Assembly: GCA_950097015.1 (NCBI GenBank)
Contig: CATNEN010000038.1
Coordinates: 4,030,001-4,094,000 of the forward strand
DNA length: 64,000 bases
Source of the DNA: Macrostomum hystrix
Lineage: Eukaryota; Animalia; Platyhelminthes
Direction of reading: 5' to 3'
Position 1 is the first letter of the stretch. Each line of letters opens with the position of its first letter. The position numbers and the translations under genes are program-made. Below are positions 1 to 11,400 of this stretch, piece by piece. The notes under the pieces were generated by a model. That model searched no databases. It saw nothing but the letters and a program-made list of their open reading frames with translations, and was not told where the DNA came from.

Positions 1-29
1 TTTTCTGCCTCTACCACCCTCTGACAGCC

Positions 30-265
30 TCCCCCCCTCTGTCCGCCCCGCCTCCGCTCCGTCAGTCCACCCATTTGTCCGACTCCACTCCCTCAGTCCA
101 CCCATTTGTCCGACTCCACTCCCTCAGTCCACCCCCTTTGTCCGCCTCCACTCCCTCAGTCCACCCCCTTTGTCCGCCTCCGCTCCCTCAGTCCACCCCC
201 TTTGTCCGCCTCCGCTCCCTCAGTCCACCCCCTTTGTCCGCTTCACACTCCATCAGTCCGCCTCC
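30..265. repeat. C-rich ~33-bp minisatellite (HMT intron 2)
   Basis: Unit ~GTCCACCCCCTTTGTCCGCCTCCACTCCCTCA. Confidence 0.9.
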
Positions 266-307
266 CCTCCCTCTGGCTGCCTCTCCGTCTTCCGCTTCCA
301 ATAGCAC

Positions 308-1498
308 CTCTTCGGACATGCTGTCGCAGTAGACACCGGTAAACTCGGACAGGTCGCACAAGGCCGCGCCGTAGGGACCGCAGGATCCGGCGACCAAGAC
401 TCGGCCCTCGCGGCCAGCCTCTACGACGGCCCTGCGCGCCAAGGTGACCCCGGACGACAGGGCTTCGGCCGCCAGTGAGGGCGTCATTTGATCTGGCAGA
501 GCTGTTATGAAGCTGTCCACATTGGCCTGGTAGGTGTTGGTCTCGATTACCTCGGCGCCGGCGGCAATAAAATCGCGATGGATGGCCACGACAAGGTCCG
601 GGTCGTCTAGAAGCAGTCGACAGCTCCATAGGCGGTGGCCCTGTTTACACATAGAAAATATTAGCAAGCTGGTGCTTTTATGCCAGTAAAAGTGAGCGTT
701 GAACTAACTTTTATCATCCCTCTTTTGCACTCAATGTTAGGCCCGACACGATTTCAGTCTCTCCGAAGCACCCAACCTCACTCCGAGCCAAGATTTCTGT
801 CCTCCATAGCATCCACCTCACTCCGAGCAAAGATTTCTGTCCTCCATAGCATCCACCTCACTCTGAGCAAAGATTTCTGTCCCTTCATAGCAGTCACCTC
901 ACTCCGAGCAAATATTTTTGTCCATCCATAGCACCCACCTTACTCCCAGCCAAGATTTCTGTCCTCCATAGCATCCACCTCACTCCGAGCAAAGATTTCT
1001 GTCCCTTCATAGCACCCACCTCACTCCGAGCAAAGATTTCTGTCTCTTTATAGCATCCACCTCAATCCTAGCCAAGATTTCTGCCCCATAAGAGAACCCA
1101 CCTCACTCCCAGCCAAGATTTTCGTCCATCCATAGCACCCACCTCACTCCCAGCCAAGATTTTCGTCCATCCATAGCACCCACCTCACTCCCAGCCAAGA
1201 TTTTCGTCCATCCATAGCACCCACCTCACTCCCAGCCAAGATTTTCGTCCATCCATACCTAACACACTACCCGCCCTGATATGCGCCTCAATAAAGCGTC
1301 CACATCACCCCCAATAACACCTTCCTTCAACGTGAATACTTCCTTTATTTAGTTCTAGCCTAGATGCAGTATTTTTACTCGGCACAATGTTTCGCTTCGC
1401 AAAATACTCACTTCAATCTTCAGTTTCGATCGCTCAATAGCTTGAACACCAAAACCTCCGTCTAGAACTTTGATAGATTTCAAGTCTGATGACAGCAT
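308..1498 (-). CDS. Homocysteine S-methyltransferase family protein (HMT/MmuM-like), 5' part; gene continues beyond the left edge
   Basis: Exons 1498-1412 (MLSSDLKSIKVLDGGFG...KIE, donor GTGAGT) and 640-308 (GHRLWSCRLL..DPDLVVAIHRDFIAAGAEVIETNTYQA...VAGSCGPYGA...SEFTGVY). These carry the hallmark LDGG, HxDFxxAGA, TNTYQ and GSxGPYG motifs. Junctions are phase 0. Confidence 0.9.
768..1258. repeat. 41-bp minisatellite, ~12 copies (HMT intron 1)
   Basis: Unit AGCCAAGATTTTCGTCCATCCATAGCACCCACCTCACTCCC. Confidence 0.95.
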
Positions 1499-1882
1499 GG
1501 CATTTGGCAAATCAACTGAAGGCCTGAAAGTAGCGCGAAAGACGTGGTACAGTACACACGCCTTAACCATCCAAGAACTTAACCAGGTATGAAATAATAA
1601 CCCTTAATAAGTGACAGAACATATAAATAAGTCAGGACTCAAAAACATACTTGAATTTAAATTAGTTCTATACTAAATTATAGCAAAGCAGAACCTGTTG
1701 GTTATAAAATTTCAAAGTCATTTTACTTTATTCATTTTTATTTACACATATTTAACATGTATATTGTCAAATGCAAAGGCATAATAAATACAGTCATATG
1801 TATATTTAGTGTAGAAATAATACAATTAATTAGCTGCCTCATCAAACCAGAACAAAATGCCAGCCCCGTTATTACTGGTAAG

Positions 1883-3269
1883 TCAGGCCGCGCCCGTCTG
1901 CAATGCCTCCAGTCTGGCTGCCAGGCGATTCAGCCGCCGCTTCCTCAGGACTGCCAGCAGCTGTGGCAGGCCGGCTCCGTGATAGCTGGCGGACCAGAGC
2001 CGCAGAAGCTCGTAGCACTGGCCGCGAGGGTCCAGCGGCTGTCGAGCAGCGGCGCACTCGATGTCATCCTCCGTCACGCCAAGGTCGCGAGCGATTGTGC
2101 GCCAGTTGTCCAATGCAAGCGAGTTGGTTGATACCATGTCCAGGTGAGCGTGAGTTAGCAGAGGCCGCGGTGAGTCTGCTGGCTCAGGACTCAAGACAGG
2201 ATCTAGCAATCTTGGCGACTTGGGCGACACGGCCACCAGGGGAGGAATGGCGTAGGCGTCTGAGTGGGGAAAATAAAAGTTGGTTGTTTACTCTCCACTT
2301 TCCTAACTAATAATAAAATTAATTGCAGGAGGGCTGCAGGCAGTGGCACATCATTTGGTGACACTAGACCCGCAGCCAGCGAGGAGGCAATTCTGCCCAT
2401 TTCGCTGACTCCTGAGCACACACCCACACAGATACTGTACGCAGGCATACGCTCACACAGGTGTGTACATCTGCCCTGACTTTCTCATCGCTCTCATTCT
2501 CACTGTGCCTTGGAGGTTGGCCTTCAATGGCGTAAATTGCACGACAAGCCCCCTAAGCCTTCTCTCCGCGGCTGCACCACAAATGAATGTTGCCTCGTCG
2601 CGGAATCGAGCTCAGGGACCTTAGTGCGAGAGGCAGACGCGTTAAGCGCTCCGGCACTGACCCCACCGGCACTGACCCCACCGGCACTGACCCCACCGGC
2701 ACTGACCCCACCGGCACTGACCCCAACGGCACTGACCCCAACGGCACTGACCCCACCGGCACTGACCCCACCGGCACTGACCCCACCGGCACTGACCCCA
2801 CCGGCACTGACCCCACTTTCAAATTTTGCGATTAGCTGATTATAAAATCTTAAATAGATCTAATGAAAACACAGACGATTACAGACTCTACAAACACATG
2901 TAAGACAGCCAATAACTTTATATTCAACTAACCGTCGACCTTCAGCAGACCGCTATCAGAATTCCTCAGCTCGGCACTGCCACAGTCGCCGACATCGTCA
3001 AAGTCTGGCTGTCGTCCATTGTCAGCCAACCAGCGATAGTTGGGCAGGAGGGCTGAGCGGAAGGCCGACAGTAAGTAGTCGCAGCCGCGGCTCTCAATCA
3101 AGCGGATCAGTCGCCTGGCCTTGGCCTCCCGGTCAGGCAAACGGTCGATCTCCAAGGCCTCGGCGGGGCTGATCAGTCCGGGGCCGATCAGGCAGTCGAG
3201 AATGTCGTCCGGATGCAAGTCGGCTATGATGCTATCGCGATTATGGCCCAGCCAATCAGAGAGGCGCAT
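1883..3269 (-). CDS. CARD + death domain adaptor, RAIDD/CRADD-like (~237 aa)
   Basis: Exon 3269-2933 is CARD-like (NRDSIIADLHPDDILDCLIGPGLISPAEALEI...KARRLIRLIESRG..AFRSAL). Exon 2259-1883 is a death domain (LDNWRTIARDLGVTEDDIE...QCYELLRLW...LLAVLRKRRLNRLA). The phase-1 junction GTTAGT...CTCAG keeps frame. AATAAA lies at ~1727-1743 on the minus strand. Confidence 0.8.
2320..2665 (-). mobile_element. tRNA-derived SINE family A, copy 1 (CRADD-like intron)
   Basis: Homologous to the copies at 29981, 34009, 52335 and 59303. The tRNA-like head with A and B boxes is at the right end; the structured 3' tail and (ATT)n are at the left. Confidence 0.8.
2651..2816. repeat. 15-bp minisatellite, ~11 copies, at the SINE head
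   Basis: Unit CCGGCACTGACCCCA. Confidence 0.95.
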
Positions 3270-4230
3270 CTGGAATCAGCTATGGGAATAGAACAGCTGA
3301 TGGAGCATCTGGAATCAGCTATGGGAATAGAACAGCTGATGGAGCATCTGGAATCAGCTATGGGAATAGAACAGCTGATGGAGCATCTGGAATCAGTTAT
3401 GGGAATAGAACAGCTGATGGAGCATCTGGAATCAGTTATGGGAATAGAACAGCTGATGGAGCATCTGGAATCAGCTATGGGAATAGAACAGCTGATGGAG
3501 CATCTGGAATCAGCTATGAGAATAGAACAGCTGATGGAGCATCTGGAATCAGTTATGGGAATAGAACAGCTGATGGAGCATCTGGAATCAGCTATGGGAA
3601 TAGAACAGCTGATGGAGCATCTGGAATCAGCTATGGGAATAGTATAACTGTCAATCAGCTGGTGGAGCATCTGGAATCAGTTATGGGAATAGAACAGCTG
3701 GTGGAGCATCTGGAATCAGCTATGGGAATAGAACAGCTGATGGAGCATCTGGAATCAGCTATGGGAATAGAACAGCTGATGGAGCATCTGGAATCAGCTA
3801 TGGGAATAGAACAGCTGATGGAGCATCTGGAATCAGCTATGGGAATAGAACAGCTGATGGAGCATCTGGAATCAGCTATGGGAATAGAACAGCTGATGGA
3901 GCATCTGGAATTAGTTATGGGAATAGAACAGCTGATGGAGCATCTGGAATCAGCTATGGGAATAGAACAGCTGATGGAGCATCTGGAATCAGCTATGGGA
4001 ATAGAACAGCTGATGGAGCATCTGGAATCAGCTATGGGAATAGAACAGCTGATGGAGCATCTGGAATTAGTTATGGGAATAGAACAGCTGATGGAGCATC
4101 TGGAATCAGCTATGGGAATAGAACAGCTGATGGAGCATCTGGAATCAGCTATGGGAATAGTATAACTGTCAATCAGCTGATGGAGCATCTGGAATCAGCT
4201 ATGGGAATAGTATAACTGTCAATCAGCTGA
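3266..4230. repeat. 39-bp minisatellite, ~24 copies, abutting the CRADD-like start codon
   Basis: Unit GCATCTGGAATCAGCTATGGGAATAGAACAGCTGATGGA; three longer variant units carry GTATAACTGTCAAT. Confidence 0.97.
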
Positions 4231-4584
4231 ATGCTTGAATGTTTTCAAGCAGTATATAAAGAAGCAAAATTAAGCGACATAATATGGCAATGGTCAACAG
4301 TAAGTGTTGCACAGAAGTTGGTGTTTGTGTGTTAATGTATTAAGGCATGCTTGCACAGTTGAATAGCACATTTGTTACAGATTACTAAGGCCAGCTTTTG
4401 TAGCAAAAAGATTAGCAAAAGAGAATCTTTGACAGGATTAGATTAAATCGGAAATTAAAAAAGTGCAGAACATCAGGATTTACAAATTTGTCACTTGAAA
4501 CAACTGGAATTGGACAGATTGAACTGAGAAAACGGATAATTTAATTAATTTTTTTACTAAAGCTCGACTTCCGACTTCACTGTC

Positions 4585-4712
4585 ACAATTGTTGTACTTT
4601 AGCAGATCACTAATCTCTTCGTTGCTTCAGTTCACCCAGCTGTTAAATAGGTGCCAGCGTCAGCTGGGGTAATTGAGGGTGGGTGGGGCGTCCCCCCAGT
4701 CCATGGACTGAA
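4585..4712 (+). mobile_element. SINE family B (CORE-like central domain), partial
   Basis: TTGCTTCAGTTCACCCAGCTGTTAAATAGGT...CCAGTCCATGGACTG is shared with the copies at ~19290-19550, 16795 and 23985. Confidence 0.6.
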
Positions 4713-5204
4713 CAGTAATCAATTATGATTCATATTGTTATTGTTATTGTAAGCAATGCCAAAGTGAATTCAGAAGAAAAGAAATGAATAAAGAAGGAAT
4801 GAAAAAATATGCAAATATAAAAAAAACACTGACGCAGGCATTTACAGCACAGCAGATAATTGGGCTTGTAAAAGATACAGTTCTAACAATAATCCTGTGG
4901 AACAATGGAATGCCAAATTAAAAATAGGCCAATTTCATAAAATCAGGACGGTATTTAATTCATACAAATCTAACAGCCTTTTGTTGCAACTCGAAAAACA
5001 ACATTGAGAAATGGACGGAGAGTTGTACAATATAAAACTAGAGATCATAAATAATTATTGAGTTCAGAAGAGACCTACTGGTAATTCTACGAGCTAAGAA
5101 TTAAATTACTCCTTCTTACTACAGCTATATATACTCGTACATGTACATGCATAAAGGCAAATAGGAAGTGTATATTACTAAATACTTGTAGTTAGGCTTG
5201 AAAT

Positions 5205-5370
5205 GTCGGGTCACGTGCCTATTAGCTGATGTACATTAAAGTCACGTGACTATTAGCTGATGTACATAAAAGCCACGTGACTATTAGCTTATGTACATTA
5301 AAGTCACGTAACTATTAGCTGATGTACATAGAATAAATGAATAATTGCTCATAAAAGTCACGTGATTGAC
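5205..5370. repeat. ~31-bp repeat carrying GTCACGTGAC
   Basis: Unit AAAGTCACGTGACTATTAGCTGATGTACAT(T), ~4-5 copies. Confidence 0.85.
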
Positions 5371-5457
5371 AAATTATTTACAGGCCTAATCTACTTAACA
5401 CATGAAATAAGCATCGAAAGTAAAACTTCACTGTACTTTTCTAGTCACGTGACGAGC

Positions 5458-8400
5458 TCAGGCCTGCAGCAATGCCAGAAGCTGCGCCGAGTGGGGCAGG
5501 CTGCTGAGCCTGCGGTCAGACTGCAACGGCCTGGCCAATCCGAGCCGCTTGGCTTCCGATAGCAGCTGGGCCTGTCGACCAATCAGAACGCGCAACGAGC
5601 CGAGGCAGGCCTCGCGGACCTCGGCCACTGGGTCGGCCCTGGCGCAGTCCAGCAGGCCGGAGGTGGCCTTGGAGCCAATCAGCGCCCGGTTCAGGCCGCC
5701 GCCCGCGTGCAGCCCGAAATTGCCCAGCGCCGAGGCGGCGCAGATTCGAACCTTTGCCGACGGAGATTTCAACAATTGCACAGAGGGCGCCACGGCTGGC
5801 TCCAGCCTGGCGTACAGGCTGTCATTGTGAAAGGCCGCGTTGCCGCACACCAGAAGAGCGTTTTTAACGACCGTGTCATTTGAGCCCGGCCTGCTGAGCA
5901 GGGCGACGGTCTCGGAAAGCGGCCGAGGGCAGCGGAGCAGAGCCTGGCCAGTGGGCTCCGGCCCGGCCTTCAGCAGGTTGGCCAGCAGGTTCAGGGCCCT
6001 AGACTGGACTACTGGCCAGGGCGACTCGCCAATCAGGCGCGATAGGCCTGACAGGTCCGGGTCACGTGACTGCGGGGCAGGGGAGGGAGCAGATGCTAGA
6101 GATAGGCGAAAAATGAAATTCAATAATTTTCTTCATCTTTTCGTGTCTGAACTTACCGCATCTCATCCACCTCTCGGTTCATATCCGCCTGCTTCATCTC
6201 ATCGTGTCTCATATCATCCTGCCTCATCTTTGTCTCGTCTCTACCCTGTCTAACCTCTCCCGACTTATCCCTCCCGTTCTGGTTTATTAATTTACTGAGA
6301 ATCAGGCTCACTAGCATCGTGAATATTCAGTCTATTGCGTGCGAGGCATCTAGTACGTGATTTGACCCCAGTCTACAGTATTCGCTCATCATATTCCAGA
6401 ATACAATATATAGTGCTTATAAGCAGCACATGCTACTCACAGTGAGTAGTTGCAAAATTGGCTGCACAGATCTATCAGAGACTCGAGCCAGGTGCGAAAG
6501 CATCACCAGACAGTCGGACTGACAGCCCAAGACTTGCTGCTGGCGTCTGGCTGTCGAGTCACGCTCGATGGGCCCGGCGGCTGCGGCTGACTTTGGACGC
6601 ATCGCCGCCTCCTGGTAGATGATGCCAGCTAGGAGACCGGACATCTGAATGCATGAGGATTGAGCCGGGATAAACACCTCACGCCACGCTTCAGGACCTG
6701 CGCTGCACTTCATCTGATCCCTCAGGGCCTGAGCTGGTTCACTTCATCTGATCCCTCAGGGCCTGAGCTGATTCACTTCATCTGATCCCTCAGGGCCTGA
6801 GCTGGTTCTCTTCATCTGATCCCTCAGGGCCTGAGCTGATTCACTTCATCTGATCCCTTAGGGCCTGAGCTGGTTCTCTTCATCTGATCCCTCAGGGCCT
6901 GAGCTGATTCACTTCATCTGATCCCTCAGGGCCTGAGCTGATTCACTTCATCTGATCCCTCAGGGCCTGAGCTGATTCACTTCATCTGATCCCTCAGGGC
7001 CTGAGCTGATTCACTTCATCTGATCCCTCAGGGCCTGAGCTGATTCACTTCATCTGATCCCTCAGGGCCTGAGCTGATTCACTTCATCTGATCTCTCAGG
7101 GCCTGAGCTGATTCACTTCATTTCATCTTTCACGGCCTCAGCTGATTCAGTTCATTTAGGAGTCAGGTGCAAATGTGCAAAAAGGCTTTCCAGGAAACCG
7201 GGGCACAGCTCACCTCTCTGCGCTGAATGAGGTCGATCATGGTGTCCACCAGCACGGGCTCGCAGACCAACAGGCGGCAGGCCAGCTCCAGTGGCACATC
7301 GCGCTGATGCTCCGGCACGTATTTCAACAGGGCGTAGAAGAGACTGCTGAATAAGCCATTGTCAACAAGACCGCTGAAAAGATAGGTCAAGGTTCTGGAG
7401 ATTCCGTTTTAATTTGTAGCATGAAACAAAGACTCACTACTCTTCAGACAAAAAAGGTAAGAAGGAACTTAATGATCCGATATTGACGGCAAGAAAAATG
7501 ATCCCCAACTTAAGCAGGCAACAAAGACGCACCCAATGACAAGACAAAATACTTTAACTAACAACAGGAATAAAGACCCACTGAATTAACCCTAAGTAAC
7601 AGCACGAACAAAGACCCGATCAATAAACCCTAATGGGCGTTAGGAACAAAGACATCCTCAATAAACCCTACCTGACAGCAGGAACAAAGACACACGCAAT
7701 AAAACCGAACTAATTAACAAGAGAATAAACTACCAAGATAAACAAAGACCCGCTAAATATACCAATAGTAAACAAAGACAAAGAGCGGCATAGCGATAAC
7801 CTGGTACTCACTGAACAATGGCTGATAATGTTTCCTCATCGCAGTCCAATCCGAATGGAAAGCAGAGCAGCTGACAGCAACTGAGAACAATGTCCGCTAT
7901 GATCTCCTGTGAGTTCACCTGGGCTGCTTGGCTGAAAAAAAGGATTCACAAATTAAAAAAGGTGGCTATAATTCACAGAAAAGAACGTGATTTTTTTGAG
8001 ATGCGGATATTGCAAATAAAACAACAAATAGTGCAAACATGCGCCGATAAATAAAGAATAGAAACTGCTGTTTTAAATAATAAGCCAGCAGAATATATAA
8101 CTATAAGAAATGAAAGATAGCAGCACTTGCGACAACACAGATAATATTAATCAACTTCTGCTGCTTTAATTACGGTCTGTTGATGACACCGACGAGACTG
8201 AAAGAAAATATTATCAACGTTGTAAACTGGTGATAGACAGTAGCCCAGCGGTTAGAGCTGCGAACCGATCAAGAGGTCCGGAGTTCGACTCTCAGCACAA
8301 TGGAAAAAATTGTGTCCTTAAGCTAGACACTCATTTCCCGATGGCCTCAAATCACCCAGGTTACAAATGGTTACTGGCGTTGGTTAGGGATGGAATTCGG

Positions 8401-11400
8401 GTGGGTGGGGCGGCCCGATATGTATCAAAAAACGCTAAACTCAAAGTAACTATTTCTGCAAAAGCATGCCTCACCTGAGCTGCACAGCGTCCAGGCATTG
8501 CTGCGAGACCAGCCGGCACAGGCAGGCCAGCATCGGCTCGCCCGGCTCTGCCATCAGCTGGACTGCGGCGAACTGCTCGCGGCCGAACACGCTTAGAGAG
8601 AAGTGCAGCAGAGACTGCAGGCCCTGTGGAGACACCAACTGCCACACGGCTGGCCAGCAGGGCTCGGAGTTCTTCTGCCAGGGGAGCATTGGATGGTGAG
8701 CACATGGGTGATTCAAGTAGGGTGGACTTGGCTAGGATGACGGTAACTGATGTATGGGAATGCAAGGGATGTCAGTGGGTGTCAGGGATGCCTGTTGGGT
8801 GTCTGGGATGTCAGTTGGGTGTCTGGGATGTCAGTGGGTGTCTGGGATGTAGGTTGGGTGTCTGGGATGTCAGTTGGGTGTCTGGGATGTCAGTTGGGTG
8901 TCTGGGATATCAGTTGGGTGTCTGGGATGTCAGTTGGGTGTCTGGGATATCAGTTGGGTGTCTGGGATATCAGTTGGGTGTCTGGGATGTCAGTTGGGTG
9001 TCTGGGATATCAGTTGGGTGTCTGGGATGTCAGTTGGGTGTCTGGGATGTCAGTTGGGTGTCTGGGATATCAGTTGGGTGTCTGGGATGTTAGTGATGTG
9101 TCAGGGATGTCAGTTAGGTGTCAGGGATGCCAGCTGGGTGTCAGGGATGCCAGCTGGGTGTTTGGGATGTCAGTGAAAGGTCAGCAAAATCAGCTCTAGA
9201 AAACTGACTGCAAGGTTAGCAGCAGGAGCGCTTATGGAGCGCCAAATCTCACCTCAGACGAAGCGGAAAGCCGTCGCCAGACAGCCGGCAACAGCGGGGA
9301 GCCGATGAAGAGGCGAGCCAGGTCAGTCTCGTCGGCGGCCTGGCTGAGGGCCAGACGGCAAGCCATCAGGCAGCCGTCAAGAGCGCCGAAGGCGAACGGG
9401 GTGCGCACCGAGGAGGCGTCGAACTCGGCGAATGCTTCGGCGGCACAGCGAGCCAGGGCGTCGGCCGGGGGCAGGCAAGCGGAGGCGGGCGCGCCCCGCT
9501 GCAGCAGCTGGCTGAGCAGGAGGCCGGAGGCGGCCGCCTGAGATGCTGGCTGCTGCGAGTCGATGAAGGCCTGGCAGAGCGACTGCGAGTGCTGCTCGAG
9601 GCTAAGGATTGGCGGGTGAGATCAAACAGGGTTGGGATTCTGGCCTGTCGATGGCAACCTCATAGCTGACAGTTGGGATCAGAGTTAAGCGGTATTGTCA
9701 GGGGCACTTAAGGTTTACAAGCGTGATAAACTCAGGGATAAATGGGTAATAGGTTCAGGGACAGATGGCTAATAGATTCAGGGATAGATGGCTAATAGGT
9801 TCAGGGATAGATGGCTAATAGGTTCAGGGATAGATGGCTAATAGGTTCAGGGATAGATGGCTAATAGGTTCAGGGATAGATGATAAATAGGTTCAGGGAT
9901 AGATGGCTAATAGGTTCAGGGATAGATGGCTAATAGGTTCAGGGATAGATGGCTAATAGGTTCAGGGATAGATGATAAATAGGTTCAGGGATAGATGGCT
10001 AATAGGTTCAGGGATAGATGGCTAATAGGTTCAGGGATAGATGGCTAATAGGTTCAGGGATAGATGGCTAATAGGTTCAGGGATAGATGGCTAATAGGTT
10101 CAGGGATAGATGACTAATATGTTCAGGGATAGATGGCTAATAGGTTTAGGGATAGATGGCTAATAGGTTCAGGGATAGATGGCTAATAGGTTCAGGGATA
10201 GATGGCTAATAGGTTCAGGGATAGATGGCTAATAGGTTCAGGGATAGATGGCTAATAGGTTCAGGGATAGATGGCTAATAGGTTCAGGGATAGATGGCTA
10301 ATAGGTTCAGGGATAGATGGCTAATAGGTTCAGGGATAGATGGCTAATAGGTTCAGGGATAGATGGCTAATAGGTTCAGGGACAGATGGCTAATAGATTC
10401 AGGGATAGATGGCTAATAGGTTCAGGGATAGATGGCTAATAGGTTCAGGGATAGATGGCTAATAGGTTCAGGGATAGATGGCTAATAGGTTCAGGGATAG
10501 ATGATAAATAGGTTCAGGGATAGATGGCTAATAGGTTCAGGGATAGATGGCTAATAGGTTCAGGGATAGATGGCTAATAGGTTCAGGGATAGATGGCTAA
10601 TAGGTTCAGGGATAGATGGCTAATAGGTTCAGGGATAGATGACTAATATGTTCAGGGATAGATGGCTAATAGGTTTAGGGATAGATGGCTAATAGGTTCA
10701 GGGATAGATGGCTAATAGGTTCAGGGATAGATGGCTAATAGGTTCAGGGATAGATGGCTAATAGGTTCAGGGATAGATGGCTAATAGGTTCAGGGATAGA
10801 TGGCTAATAGGTTCAGGGATAGATGGCTAATAGGTTCAGGGATAGATGGCTAATAGGTTCAGGGATAGATGGCTAATAGGTTCAGGGATAGATGGCTAAT
10901 AGGTTCAGGGATAGATGGCTAATAAGTTCAGGGATAGATGGCTAATAGGTTCAGGGATAGATGGCTAATAGGTTCAGGGATAGATGGCTAATAGGTTCAG
11001 GGATAGATGGCTAATAGGTTCAGGGATAGATGGCTAATAAGTTCAGGGATAGATGGCTAATAGGTTTAGGGACAGATGGCTAATAGGTTCAGGGATAGAT
11101 GGCTAATCGGTTCAGGGATAGATGGCTAATAGGTTCAGGGATAGATGGCTAATAGGTTCAGGGATAGATGGCTAATAGGTTCAGGGATAGATGGCTAATA
11201 GGTTCAGGGATAGATGGCTAATAGGTTCAGGGATAGATGGCTAATAGGTTCAGGGATAGATGGCTAATAGGTTCAGGGATAGATGGCTAATAGGTTCAGG
11301 GACAGATGGCTAATAGGTTCAGGGATAGATGGCTAATAGGTTCAGGGATAGATGGCTAATAGGTTCAGGGACAGATGGCTAATAGGTTCAGGGATAGATG

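Noticed and set aside
3213-4188. Repetitive ORFs (MEHLESAMGIEQL)n and (SRCSISCSIPIAD)n
   Set aside because: Translations of a 39-bp minisatellite; open on both strands only because the unit length is a multiple of 3.
8238-8310. Possible tRNA genes (also at 29981 and 39920)
   Set aside because: A/B boxes run directly into SINE bodies; no complete cloverleaf or T-tract terminator.
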